A DNA stretch of 64,000 nt. Origin: Eledone cirrhosa. Taxonomy: Eukaryota. Location of the stretch: NCBI GenBank assembly GCA_964016885.1, contig OZ024744.1, positions 2,976,001-3,040,000 on the forward strand, read 5' to 3'. Shown here piece after piece: positions 1 through 13,900 of the stretch. The translations under genes and the position numbers were made by a program. The notes beneath the pieces are model-generated. The model did not search any database. It was not told where the DNA came from and worked only from the letters and a program-made list of their open reading frames with translations. Positions within the stretch are counted from its first letter, which is position 1; each line of letters starts with the position of its first letter.

Positions 1-3000
1 GAGGGAAGACAATGTAGAGAAAGATAGCTTGGTGAAGAACGAAGTTTTGGGGAAGATAATGTAGAGAAAGATAGCTTGGTGAAGAACGAAGTTTTGGTGG
101 AAGACAAGGTAGAGAAAGATAGCTTGGTGAAGAAGGAAGTTTTGGGAGAAGACAAGGTAAGAAAGATAGCTTGGTGAAGAACGAAGTTTTGAGGGAAGAC
201 AAGGTAGAGAAAGATAGCTTGGTGAAGAACGACGTTTTGAGGGAAGACAAGGTAGAGAAAGATAGCTTGGTGAAGAACGACGTTTTGTGGGAAGACAAGG
301 TAGAGAAAGATAGCTTGGTGAAGAACGAAGTTTTGGGGGAAGACAAGTTAGAGAAAGATAGCTTGGTGAAGAACGAAGTTTTGGGGAAGACAATGTAGAG
401 AAAGATAGCTTGGTGAAGAACGAAGTTTTGGGGGAAGACAAGGTAGAGAAAGATAGCTTGGTGAATAACGAAGTTTTGGGAGAAGACAAGGTCGAGAAAG
501 ATAGCTTGGTGAAGAACGAAATTTTGAGGGAAGACAAGGTAGAGAAAGATAGCTTGGTGAAGAACGACGTTTTGGTGGAAGACAAGGTAGAGAAAGATAG
601 CTTGGTGAAGAACGACGTTTTGTGGGAAGACAAGGTAGAGAAAGATAGCTTGGTGAAGAACGAAGTTTTGGGGGAAGACAAGGTAGAGAAAGATAGCTTG
701 GTGAAGAACTGAGTTTTGGGGGAAGACAAGGTAGAGAAAGATAGCTTGGTGAAGAACGAAGTTTTGGGGGAAGACAAGGTAGAGAAAGATAGCTTGGTGA
801 AGAACGAAGTTTTGAGGGGAGACAAGGTAGAGAAAGATAGCTTGGTGAAGAACGACGTTTTGTGGGAAGACAAGGTAGAGAAAGATAGCTTGGTGAATAA
901 CAAAGTTTTGGGAGAAGACAAGGTCGAGAAAGATAGCTTGGTGAAGAACGAAGTTTTGTGGGAAGACAAGGTAGAGAAAGATAGCTTGGTGAAGAACGAA
1001 GTTTTGGGGGAAGACAAGGTAGAGAAAGATAGCTTGGTGAATAACGAAGTTTTGGGAGAAGACAAGGTAGAGAAAGATAGCTTGGTGAAGAACGACGTTT
1101 TGAGGGAAGACAAGGCAGAGAAAGATAGCTTGGTGAAGAACGAAGTTTTGGGGAAGACAATGTAGAGAAAGATAGCTTGGTGAAGAACGAAGTTTTGGGG
1201 GAAGACAAGGTAGAGAAAGATAGCTTGGTGAAGAACGAAGTTTTGAGGGAAGACAAGGTAGAGAAAGATAGCTTGGTGAATAACGAAGTTTTGGGAGAAG
1301 ACAAGGTAGAGAAAGATAGTTGGTGAAGAACGAAGTTTTGAAGGAAGACAAGGCAGAGAAAGATAGCTTGGTGAAGAACGAAATTTTGAGGGAAGACAAG
1401 GTAGAGAAATATAGCTTGGTGAAGAACGACGTTTTGGTGGAAGACAAGGTAGAGAAAGATAGCTTGGTGAAGAACGACGTTTTGTGGGAAGACAAGGTAG
1501 AGAAAGATAGCTTGGTGAAGAACGAAGTTTTGGGGGAAGACAAGGTAGAGAAAGATAGCTTGGTGAAGAACGGAGTTTTGGGGGAAGACAAGGTAGAGAA
1601 AGATAGCTTGGTGAAGAACGAAGTTTTGGGGGAAGACAAGGTAGAGAAAGATAGCTTGGTGAAGAACGAAGTTTTGAGGGAAGACAAGGTAGAGAAAGAT
1701 AGCTTGGTGAAGAACGACGTTTTGTGGGAAGACAAGGTAGAGAAAGATAGCTTGGTGAATAACAAAGTTTTGGGAGAAGACAAGGTCGAGAAAGATAGCT
1801 TGGTGAAGAACGAAGTTTTGTGGGAAGACAAGGTAGAGAAAGATAGCTTGGTGAAGAACGAAGTTTTGGGGGAAGACAAGGTAGAGAAAGATAGCTTGGT
1901 GAATAACGAAGTTTTGGGAGAAGACAAGGTAGAGAAAGATAGCTTGGTGAAGAACGACGTTTTGAGGGAAGACAAGGCAGAGAAAGATAGCTTGGTGAAG
2001 AACGAAGTTTTGGGGAAGACAATGTAGAGAAAGATAGCTTGGTGAAGAACGAAGTTTTGGGGGAAGACAAGGTAGAGAAAGATAGCTTGGTGAAGAACGA
2101 AGTTTTGAGGGAAGACAAGGTAGAGAAAGATAGCTTGGTGAATAACGAAGTTTTGGGAGAAGACAAGGTAGAGAAAGATAGTTGGTGAAGAACGAAGTTT
2201 TGAAGGAAGACAAGGCAGAGAAAGATAGCTTGGTGAAGAACGAAGTTTTGAGGGAAGACAAGGTAGAGAAAGATAGCTTGGTGAAGAACGACGTTTTGTG
2301 GGAAGACAAGGTAGAGAAAGATAGCTTGGTGAAGAACGAAGTTTTGGGGGAAGACAAGGTAGAGAAAGATAGCTTGGTGAAGAACGAAGTTTTGGGGGAA
2401 GACAAGGTAGAGAAAGATAGCTTGGTGAAGAACGAAGTTTTGGGGAAGACAATGTAGAGAAAGATAGCTTGGTGAAGAACGAAGATTTGGGGGAAGACAA
2501 GGTAGAGAAAGATAGCTTGGTGAAGAACGAAGTTTTGGGAGAAGACAAGGTAAAAAAAGATAGCTTGGTGAAGAACGATGTTTTGAGGGGAGACAAGGTA
2601 GAGAAAGATAGCTTGGTGAAGAACGACGTTTTGAGGGAAGACAAGGTAGAGAAAGATAGCTTGGTGAAGAACGACGTTTTGTGGGAAGACAAGGTAGAGA
2701 AAGATAGCTTGGTGAAGAACGAAGTTTTGGGGGAAGACAAGGTAGAGAAAGATAGCTTGGTGAAGAACGGAGTTTTGGGGGAAGACAAGGTAGAGAAAGA
2801 TAGCTTGGTGAAGAACGAAGTTTTGGGAGAAGACAAGGTAGAGAAAGATAGCTTGGTGAAGAACGAAGTTTTGAGGGAAGACAATGTAGAGAAAGATAGC
2901 TTGGTGAAGAACGAAGTTTTGGGGAAGATAATGTAGAGAAAGATAGCTTGGTGAAGAACGAAGTTTTGGGGGAAGACAAGGTAGAGAAAGATAGCTTGGT

Positions 3001-6000
3001 GAAGAACGGAGTTTTGGGGGAAGACAAGGTAGAGAAAGATAGCTTGGTGAAGAACGAAGTTTTGGGGGAAGACAAGGTAGAGAAAGATAGCTTGGTGAAG
3101 AACGACGTTTTGTGGGAAGACAAGGTAGAGAAAGATAGCTTGGTGAAGAACGAAGTTTTTGGGGAAGACAAGGTAGAGAAAGATAGCTTGGTGAATAACG
3201 AAGTTTTGGGAGAAGACAAGGTAGAGAAAGATAGCTTGGTGAAGAACGACGTTTTGAGGGAAGACAAGGCAGAGAAAGATAGCTTGGTGAAGAACGAAGT
3301 TTTGGGGAAGACAATGTAGAGAAAGATAGCTTGGTGAAGAACGAAGTTTTGGGGGAAGACAAGGTAGAGAAAGATAGCTTGGTGAAGAACGAAGTTTTGA
3401 GGGAAGACAAGGTAGAGAAAGATAGCTTGGTGAATAACGAAGTTTTGGGAGAAGACAAGGTAGAGAAAGATAGTTGGTGAAGAACGAAGTTTTGAAGGAA
3501 GACAAGGCAGAGAAAGATAGCTTGGTGAAGAACGAAGTTTTGAGGGAAGACAAGGTAGAGAAAGATAGCTTGGTGAAGAACGACGTTTTGTGGGAAGACA
3601 AGGTAGAGAAAGATAGCTTGGTGAAGAACGAAGTTTTGGGGGAAGACAAGGTAGAGAAAGATAGCTTGGTGAAGAACGAAGTTTTGGGGGAAGACAAGGT
3701 AGAGAAAGATAGCTTGGTGAAGAAGGAAGTTTTGGGAAGACAATGTAGAGAAAGATAGCTTGGTGAAGAACGAAGATTTGGGGGAAGACAAGGTAGAGAA
3801 AGATAGCTTGGTGAAGAACGAAGTTTTGAGAGAAGACAAGGTAGAGAAAGATAGCTTGGTGAAGAACGAAGTTTTGAGGGGAGACAAGGTAGAGAAAGAT
3901 AGCTTGGTGAAGAACGACGTTTTGAGGGAAGACGAGGTAGAGAAAGATAGCTTGGTGAAGAACGACGTTTTGTGGAAAGACAAGGTAGAAAAAGATAGCT
4001 TGGTGAAGAACGAAGTTTTGGGGGAAGACAAGGTAGAGAAAGATAGCTTGGTGAAGAACGGAGTTTTGGGGGAAGACAAGGTAGAGAAAGATAGCTTGGT
4101 GAAGAACGAAGTTTTGGGGGAAGACAAGGTAGAGAAAGATAGCTTGGTGAAGAACGAAGTTTTGAGGGAAGACAATGTAGAGAAAGATAGCTTGGTGAAG
4201 AACGAAGTTTTGGGGAAGATAATGTAGAGAAAGATAGCTTGGTGAAGAACGAAGTTTTGGTGGAAGACAAGGTAGAGAAAGATAGCTTGGTGAAGAAGGA
4301 AGTTTTGGGAGAAGACAAGGTAAGAAAGATAGCTTGGTGAAGAACGAAGTTTTGAGGGAAGACAAGGTAGAGAAAGATAGCTTGGTGAAGAACGACGTTT
4401 TGAGGGAAGACAAGGTAGAGAAAGATAGCTTGGTGAAGAACGACGTTTTGTGGGAAGACAAGGTAGAGAAAGATAGCTTGGTGAAGAACGAAGTTTTGGG
4501 GGAAGACAAGTTAGAGAAAGATAGCTTGGTGAAGAACGAAGTTTTGGGGAAGACAATGTAGAGAAAGATAGCTTGGTGAAGAACGAAGTTTTGGGGGAAG
4601 ACAAGGTAGAGAAAGATAGCTTGGTGAATAACGAAGTTTTGGGAGAAGACAAGGTCGAGAAAGATAGCTTGGTGAAGAACGAAATTTTGAGGGAAGACAA
4701 GGTAGAGAAAGATAGCTTGGTGAAGAACGACGTTTTGGTGGAAGACAAGGTAGAGAAAGATAGCTTGGTGAAGAACGACGTTTTGTGGGAAGACAAGGTA
4801 GAGAAAGATAGCTTGGTGAAGAACGAAGTTTTGGGGGAAGACAAGGTAGAGAAAGATAGCTTGGTGAAGAACGGAGTTTTGGGGGAAGACAAGGTAGAGA
4901 AAGATAGATTGGTGAAGAACGAAGTTTTGGGGGAAGACAAGGTAGAGAAAGATAGCTTGGTGAAGAACGAAGTTTTGAGGGGAGACAAGGTAGAGAAAGA
5001 TAGCTTGGTGAAGAACGACGTTTTGTGGGAAGACAAGGTAGAGAAAGATAGCTTGGTGAATAACAAAGTTTTGGGAGAAGACAAGGTCGAGAAAGATAGC
5101 TTGGTGAAGAACGAAGTTTTGTGGGAAGACAAGGTAGAGAAAGATAGCTTGGTGAAGAACGAAGTTTTGGGGGAAGACAAGGTAGAGAAAGATAGCTTGG
5201 TGAATAACGAAGTTTTGGGAGAAGACAAGGTAGAGAAAGATAGCTTGGTGAAGAACGACGTTTTGAGGGAAGACAAGGCAGAGAAAGATAGCTTGGTGAA
5301 GAACGAAGTTTTGGGGAAGACAATGTAGAGAAAGATAGCTTGGTGAAGAACGAAGTTTTGGGGGAAGACAAGGTAGAGAAAGATAGCTTGGTGAAGAACG
5401 AAGTTTTGAGGGAAGACAAGGTAGAGAAAGATAGCTTGGTGAATAACGAAGTTTTGGGAGAAGACAAGGTAGAGAAAGATAGTTGGTGAAGAACGAAGTT
5501 TTGAAGGAAGACAAGGCAGAGAAAGATAGCTTGGTGAAGAACGAAATTTTGAGGGAAGACAAGGTAGAGAAATATAGCTTGGTGAAGAACGACGTTTTGG
5601 TGGAAGACAAGGTAGAGAAAGATAGCTTGGTGAAGAACGACGTTTTGTGGGAAGACAAGGTAGAGAAAGATAGCTTGGTGAAGAACGAAGTTTTGGGGGA
5701 AGACAAGGTAGAGAAAGATAGCTTGGTGAAGAACGGAGTTTTGGGGGAAGACAAGGTAGAGAAAGATAGCTTGGTGAAGAACGAAGTTTTGGGGGAAGAC
5801 AAGGTAGAGAAAGATAGCTTGGTGAAGAACGAAGTTTTGAGGGAAGACAAGGTAGAGAAAGATAGCTTGGTGAAGAACGACGTTTTGTGGGAAGACAAGG
5901 TAGAGAAAGATAGCTTGGTGAATAACAAAGTTTTGGGAGAAGACAAGGTCGAGAAAGATAGCTTGGTGAAGAACGAAGTTTTGTGGGAAGACAAGGTAGA

Positions 6001-7168
6001 GAAAGATAGCTTGGTGAAGAACGAAGTTTTGGGGGAAGACAAGGTAGAGAAAGATAGCTTGGTGAATAACGAAGTTTTGGGAGAAGACAAGGTAGAGAAA
6101 GATAGCTTGGTGAAGAACGACGTTTTGAGGGAAGACAAGGCAGAGAAAGATAGCTTGGTGAAGAACGAAGTTTTGGGGAAGACAATGTAGAGAAAGATAG
6201 CTTGGTGAAGAACGAAGTTTTGGGGGAAGACAAGGTAGAGAAAGATAGCTTGGTGAAGAACGAAGTTTTGAGGGAAGACAAGGTAGAGAAAGATAGCTTG
6301 GTGAATAACGAAGTTTTGGGAGAAGACAAGGTAGAGAAAGATAGTTGGTGAAGAACGAAGTTTTGAAGGAAGACAAGGCAGAGAAAGATAGCTTGGTGAA
6401 GAACGAAGTTTTGAGGGAAGACAAGGTAGAGAAAGATAGCTTGGTGAAGAACGACGTTTTGTGGGAAGACAAGGTAGAGAAAGATAGCTTGGTGAAGAAC
6501 GAAGTTTTGGGGGAAGACAAGGTAGAGAAAGATAGCTTGGTGAAGAACGAAGTTTTGGGGGAAGACAAGGTAGAGAAAGATAGCTTGGTGAAGAACGAAG
6601 TTTTGGGGAAGACAATGTAGAGAAAGATAGCTTGGTGAAGAACGAAGATTTGGGGGAAGACAAGGTAGAGAAAGATAGCTTGGTGAAGAACGAAGTTTTG
6701 CGAGAAGACAAGGTAAAAAAAGATAGCTTGGTGAAGAACGATGTTTTGAGGGGAGACAAGGTAGAGAAAGATAGCTTGGTGAAGAACGACGTTTTGAGGG
6801 AAGACAAGGTAGAGAAAGATAGCTTGGTGAAGAACGACGTTTTGTGGGAAGACAAGGTAGAGAAAGATAGCTTGGTGAAGAACGAAGTTTTGGGGGAAGA
6901 CAAGGTAGAGAAAGATAGCTTGGTGAAGAACGGAGTTTTGGGGGAAGACAAGGTAGAGAAAGATAGCTTGGTGAAGAACGAAGTTTTGGGAGAAGACAAG
7001 GTAGAGAAAGATAGCTTGGTGAAGAACGAAGTTTTGAGGGAAGACAATGTAGAGAAAGATAGCTTGGTGAAGAACGAAGTTTTGGGGAAGATAATGTAGA
7101 GAAAGATAGCTTGGTGAAGAACGAAGTTTTGGGGGAAGACAAGGTAGAGAAAGATAGCTTGGTGAAGA
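1..7168. repeat. Higher-order duplication, offset 4163 bp (87 monomers): about 1-3005 copied at about 4164-7168
   Basis: ORF starts 171/4334, 410/4573, 1320/5483, 2182/6345 and 2469/6632 are all offset by 4163. The rare AAGTTAGAG variant is shared (348/4511). Confidence 0.9.
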
Positions 7169-9425
7169 AGGAAGTTTTGGGAGAAGACAAGGTAAGAAAG
7201 ATAGCTTGGTGAAGAACGAAGTTTTGAGGGAAGACAAGGTAGAGAAAGATAGCTTGGTGAAGAACGACGTTTTGAGGGAAGACAAGGTAGAGAAAGATAG
7301 CTTGGTGAAGAACGACGTTTTGTGGGAAGACAAGGTAGAGAAAGATAGCTTGGTGAAGAACGAAGTTTTGGGGGAAGACAAGGTAGTGAAAGATAGCTTG
7401 GTGAAGAACGAAATTTTGGGGGAAGACAAGGTAGAGAAAAATAGCTTGGTGAAGAACGAAGTTTTGGGGGAAGACAAGGTAGAGAAAGATAGCTTGGTGA
7501 AGAACGAAGTTTTGGGGGAAGACAAGGTAGAGAAAGATAGCTTGGTGAAGAACGAAGTTTTGAGGGAAGACAAGGTAGAGAAAGATAGCTTGGTGAATAA
7601 CGAAGTTTTGGGAGAAGACAAGGTAGAGAAAGATAGTTGGTGAAGAACGAAGTTTTGAAGGAAGACAAGGCAGAGAAAGATAGCTTGGTGAAGAACGAAA
7701 TTTTGAGGGAAGACAAGGTAGAGAAATATAGCTTGGTGAAGAACGACGTTTTGGTGGAAGACAAGGTAGAGAAAGATAGCTTGGTGAAGAACGACGTTTT
7801 GTGGGAAGACAAGGTAGAGAAAGATAGCTTGGTGAAGAACGAAGTTTTGGGGGAAGACAAGGTAGAGAAAGATAGCTTGGTGAAGAACGGAGTTTTGGGG
7901 GAAGACAAGGTAGAGAAAGATAGCTTGGTGAAGAACGAAGTTTTGGGGGAAGACAAGGTAGAGAAAGATAGCTTGGTGAAGAACGAAGTTTTGAGGGAAG
8001 ACAAGGTAGAGAAAGATAGCTTGGTGAAGAACGACGTTTTGTGGGAAGACAAGGTAGAGAAAGATAGCTTGGTGAATAACAAAGTTTTGGGAGAAGACAA
8101 GGTCGAGAAAGATAGCTTGGTGAAGAACGAAGTTTTGTGGGAAGACAAGGTAGAGAAAGATAGCTTGGTGAAGAACGAAGTTTTGGGGGAAGACAAGGTA
8201 GAGAAAGATAGCTTGGTGAATAACGAAGTTTTGGGAGAAGACAAGGTAGAGAAAGATAGCTTGGTGAAGAACGACGTTTTGAGGGAAGACAAGGCAGAGA
8301 AAGATAGCTTGGTGAAGAACGAAGTTTTGGGGAAGACAATGTAGAGAAAGATAGCTTGGTGAAGAACGAAGTTTTGGGGGAAGACAAGGTAGAGAAAGAT
8401 AGCTTGGTGAAGAACGAAGTTTTGAGGGAAGACAAGGTAGAGAAAGATAGCTTGGTGAATAACGAAGTTTTGGGAGAAGACAAGGTAGAGAAAGATAGTT
8501 GGTGAAGAACGAAGTTTTGAAGGAAGACAAGGCAGAGAAAGATAGCTTGGTGAAGAACGAAGTTTTGAGGGAAGACAAGGTAGAGAAAGATAGCTTGGTG
8601 AAGAACGACGTTTTGTGGGAAGACAAGGTAGAGAAAGATAGCTTGGTGAAGAACGAAGTTTTGGGGGAAGACAAGGTAGAGAAAGATAGCTTGGTGAAGA
8701 ACGAAGTTTTGGGGGAAGACAAGGTAGAGAAAGATAGCTTGGTGAAGAACGAAGTTTTGGGGAAGACAATGTAGAGAAAGATAGCTTGGTGAAGAACAAA
8801 GATTTGGGGGAAGACAAGGTAGAGAAAGATAGCTTGGTGAAGAACGAAGTTTTGGGAGAAGACAAGGTAAAAAAAGATAGCTTGGTGAAGAACGATGTTT
8901 TGAGGGGAGACAAGGTAGAGAAAGATAGCTTGGTGAAGAACGACGTTTTGAGGGAAGACAAGGTAGAGAAAGATAGCTTGGTGAAGAACGACGTTTTGTG
9001 GGAAGACAAGGTAGAGAAAGATAGCTTGGTGAAGAACGAAGTTTTGGGGGAAGACAAGGTAGAGAAAGATAGCTTGGTGAAGAACGGAGTTTTGGGGGAA
9101 GACAAGGTAGAGAAAGATAGCTTGGTGAAGAACGAAGTTTTGGGAGAAGACAAGGTAGAGAAAGATAGCTTGGTGAAGAACGAAGTTTTGAGGGAAGACA
9201 ATGTAGAGAAAGATAGCTTGGTGAAGAACGAAGTTTTGGGGAAGATAATGTAGAGAAAGATAGCTTGGTGAAGAACGAAGTTTTGGGGGAAGACAAGGTA
9301 GAGAAAGATAGCTTGGTGAAGAAGGAAGTTTTGGGAGAAGACAAGGTAAGAAAGATAGCTTGGTGAAGAACGAAGTTTTGAGGGAAGACAAGGTAGAGAA
9401 AGATAGCTTGGTGAAGAACGACGTT
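5340..9425. repeat. Higher-order duplication, offset 2154 bp (45 monomers)
   Basis: ORF starts 5483/7637, 6345/8499, 6632/8786 and 7206/9360 are offset by 2154 with the same variant order. Confidence 0.85.
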
Positions 9426-10939
9426 TTGGTGGAAGACAAGGTAGAGAAAGATAGCTTGGTGAAGAACGACGTTTTGTGGGAAGACAAGGTAGAGAAAGAT
9501 AGCTTGGTGAAGAACGAAGTTTTGGGGGAAGACAAGGTAGAGAAAGATAGCTTGGTGAAGAACGGAGTTTTGGGGGAAGACAAGGTAGAGAAAGATAGCT
9601 TGGTGAAGAACGAAGTTTTGGGGGAAGACAAGGTAGAGAAAGATAGCTTGGTGAAGAACGAAGTTTTGAGGGGAGACAAGGTAGAGAAAGATAGCTTGGT
9701 GAAGAACGACGTTTTGTGGGAAGACAAGGTAGAGAAAGATAGCTTGGTGAATAACAAAGTTTTGGGAGAAGACAAGGTCGAGAAAGATAGCTTGGTGAAG
9801 AACGAAGTTTTGTGGGAAGACAAGGTAGAGAAAGATAGCTTGGTGAAGAACGGAGTTTTGGGGGAAGACAAGGTAGAGAAAGATAGCTTGGTGAATAACG
9901 AAGTTTTGGGAGAAGACAAGGTAGAGAAAGATAGCTTGGTGAAGAACGACGTTTTGAGGGAAGACAAGGCAGAGAAAGATAGCTTGGTGAAGAACGAAGT
10001 TTTGGGGAAGACAATGTAGAGAAAGATAGCTTGGTGAAGAACGAAGTTTTGGGGGAAGACAAGGTAGAGAAAGATAGCTTGGTGAAGAACGAAGTTTTGG
10101 GGAAGATAATGTAGAGAAAGATAGCTTGGTGAAGAACGAAGTTTTGGGGGAAGACAAGGTAGAGAAAGATAGCTTGGTGAAGAAGGAAGTTTTGGGAGAA
10201 GACAAGGTAAGAAAGATAGCTTGGTGAAGAACGAAGTTTTGAGGGAAGACAAGGTAGAGAAAGATAGCTTGGTGAAGAACGACGTTTTGGTGGAAGACAA
10301 GGTAGAGAAAGATAGCTTGGTGAAGAACGACGTTTTGTGGGAAGACAAGGTAGAGAAAGATAGCTTGGTGAAGAACGAAGTTTTGGGGGAAGACAAGGTA
10401 GAGAAAGATAGCTTGGTGAAGAACGGAGTTTTGGGGGAAGACAAGGTAGAGAAAGATAGCTTGGTGAAGAACGAAGTTTTGGGGGAAGACAAGGTAGAGA
10501 AAGATAGCTTGGTGAAGAACGAAGTTTTGAGGGGAGACAAGGTAGAGAAAGATAGCTTGGTGAAGAACGACGTTTTGTGGGAAGACAAGGTAGAGAAAGA
10601 TAGCTTGGTGAATAACAAAGTTTTGGGAGAAGACAAGGTCGAGAAAGATAGCTTGGTGAAGAACGAAGTTTTGTGGGAAGACAAGGTAGAGAAAGATAGC
10701 TTGGTGAAGAACGAAGTTTTGGGGGAAGACAAGGTAGAGAAAGATAGCTTGGTGAATAACGAAGTTTTGGGAGAAGACAAGGTAGAGAAAGATAGCTTGG
10801 TGAAGAACGACGTTTTGAGGGAAGACAAGGCAGAGAAAGATAGCTTGGTGAAGAACGAAGTTTTGGGGAAGACAATGTAGAGAAAGATAGCTTGGTGAAG
10901 AACGAAGTTTTGGGGGAAGACAAGGTAGAGAAAGATAGC
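9218..10939. repeat. Tandem duplication, 861 bp unit (18 monomers)
   Basis: ORFs 9360..10019 and 10221..10880 are identical except for one residue. The upstream indel monomers match. Confidence 0.88.
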
Positions 10940-13900
10940 TTGGTGAAGAACGAAGTTTTGAGGGAAGACAAGGTAGAGAAAGATAGCTTGGTGAATAACG
11001 AAGTTTTGGGAGAAGACAAGGTAGAGAAAGATAGTTGGTGAAGAACGAAGTTTTGAAGGAAGACAAGGCAGAGAAAGATAGCTTGGTGAAGAACGAAATT
11101 TTGAGGGAAGACAAGGTAGAGAAATATAGCTTGGTGAAGAACGACGTTTTGGTGGAAGACAAGGTAGAGAAAGATAGCTTGGTGAAGAACGACGTTTTGT
11201 GGGAAGACAAGGTAGAGAAAGATAGCTTGGTGAAGAACGAAGTTTTGGGGGAAGACAAGGTAGAGAAAGATAGCTTGGTGAAGAACGGAGTTTTGGGGGA
11301 AGACAAGGTAGAGAAAGATAGCTTGGCGAAGAACGAAGTTTTGGGGGAAGACAAGGTAGAGAAAGATAGCTTGGTGAAGAACGAAGTTTTGAGGGAAGAC
11401 AAGGTAGAGAAAGATAGCTTGGTGAAGAACGACGTTTTGTGGGAAGACAAGGTAGAGAAAGATAGCTTGGTGAATAACAAAGTTTTGGGAGAAGACAAGG
11501 TCGAGAAAGATAGCTTGGTGAAGAACGAAGTTTTGTGGGAAGACAAGGTAGAGAAAGATAGCTTGGTGAAGAACGAAGTTTTGGGGGAAGACAAGGTAGA
11601 GAAAGATAGCTTGGTGAATAACGAAGTTTTGGGAGAAGACAAGGTAGAGAAAGATAGCTTGGTGAAGAACGACGTTTTGAGGGAAGACAAGGCAGAGAAA
11701 GATAGCTTGGTGAAGAACGAAGTTTTGGGGAAGACAATGTAGAGAAAGATAGCTTGGTGAAGAACGAAGTTTTGGGGGAAGACAAGGTAGAGAAAGATAG
11801 CTTGGTGAAGAACGAAGTTTTGAGGGAAGACAAGGTAGAGAAAGATAGCTTGGTGAATAACGAAGTTTTGGGAGAAGACAAGGTAGAGAAAGATAGTTGG
11901 TGAAGAACGAAGTTTTGAAGGAAGACAAGGCAGAGAAAGATAGCTTGGTGAAGAACGAAGTTTTGAGGGAAGACAAGGTAGAGAAAGATAGCTTGGTGAA
12001 GAACGACGTTTTGTGGGAAGACAAGGTAGAGAAAGATAGCTTGGTGAAGAACGAAGTTTTGGGGGAAGACAAGGTAGAGAAAGATAGCTTGGTGAAGAAC
12101 GAAGTTTTGGGGGAAGACAAGGTAGAGAAAGATAGCTTGGTGAAGAACGAAGTTTTGGGGAAGACAATGTAGAGAAAGATAGCTTGGTGAAGAACGAAGA
12201 TTTGGGGGAAGACAAGGTAGAGAAAGATAGCTTGGTGAAGAACGAAGTTTTGGGAGAAGACAAGGTAAAAAAAGATAGCTTGGTGAAGAACGATGTTTTG
12301 AGGGGAGACAAGGTAGAGAAAGATAGCTTGGTGAAGAACGACGTTTTGAGGGAAGACAAGGTAGAGAAAGATAGCTTGGTGAAGAACGACGTTTTGTGGG
12401 AAGACAAGGTAGAGAAAGATAGCTTGGTGAAGAACGAAGTTTTGGGGGAAGACAAGGTAGAGAAAGATAGCTTGGTGAAGAACGGAGTTTTGGGGGAAGA
12501 CAAGGTAGAGAAAGATAGCTTGGTGAAGAACGAAGTTTTGGGAGAAGACAAGGTAGAGAAAGATAGCTTGGTGAAGAACGAAGTTTTGAGGGAAGACAAT
12601 GTAGAGAAAGATAGCTTGGTGAAGAACGAAGTTTTGGGGAAGATAATGTAGAGAAAGATAGCTTGGTGAAGAACGAAGTTTTGGGGGAAGACAAGGTAGA
12701 GAAAGATAGCTTGGTGAAGAAGGAAGTTTTGGGAGAAGACAAGGTAAGAAAGATAGCTTGGTGAAGAACGAAGTTTTGAGGGAAGACAAGGTAGAGAAAG
12801 ATAGCTTGGTGAAGAACGACGTTTTGAGGGAAGACAAGGTAGAGAAAGATAGCTTGGTGAAGAACGACGTTTTGTGGGAAGACAAGGTAGAGAAAGATAG
12901 CTTGGTGAAGAACGAAGTTTTGGGGGAAGACAAGGTAGTGAAAGATAGCTTGGTGAAGAACGAAATTTTGGGGGAAGACAAGGTAGAGAAAAATAGCTTG
13001 GTGAAGAACGAAGTTTTGGGGGAAGACAAGGTAGAGAAAGATAGCTTGGTGAAGAACGAAGTTTTGGGGGAAGACAAGGTAGAGAAAGATAGCTTGGTGA
13101 AGAACGAAGTTTTGAGGGAAGACAAGGTAGAGAAAGATAGCTTGGTGAATAACGAAGTTTTGGGAGAAGACAAGGTAGAGAAAGATAGCTTGGTGAAGAA
13201 CGACGTTTTGAGGGAAGACAAGGCAGAGAAAGATAGCTTGGTGAAGAACGAAGTTTTGGGGAAGACAATGTAGAGAAAGATAGCTTGGTGAAGAACGAAG
13301 TTTTGGGGGAAGACAAGGTAGAGAAAGATAGCTTGGTGAAGAACGAAGTTTTGAGGGAAGACAAGGTAGAGAAAGATAGCTTGGTGAATAACGAAGTTTT
13401 GGGAGAAGACAAGGTAGAGAAAGATAGTTGGTGAAGAACGAAGTTTTGAAGGAAGACAAGGCAGAGAAAGATAGCTTGGTGAAGAACGAAGTTTTGAGGG
13501 AAGACAAGGTAGAGAAAGATAGCTTGGTGAAGAACGACGTTTTGTGGGAAGACAAGGTAGAGAAAGATAGCTTGGTGAAGAACGAAGTTTTGGGGGAAGA
13601 CAAGGTAGAGAAAGATAGCTTGGTGAAGAACGAAGTTTTGGGGGAAGACAAGGTAGAGAAAGATAGCTTGGTGAAGAACGAAGTTTTGGGGAAGACAATG
13701 TAGAGAAAGATAGCTTGGTGAAGAACGAAGATTTGGGGGAAGACAAGGTAGAGAAAGATAGCTTGGTGAAGAACGACGTTTTGAGGGAAGACAAGGTAGA
13801 GAAAGATAGCTTGGTGAAGAACGACGTTTTGTGGGAAGACAAGGTAGAGAAAGATAGCTTGGTGAAGAACGAAGTTTTGGGGGAAGACAAGGTAGAGAAA

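Noticed and set aside
393-398. Recurrent ATGTAG start-stop element in AAT-variant monomers
   Set aside because: It is an incidental result of one G-to-T substitution in AAGGTAG, and there is no evidence of a transcript context.
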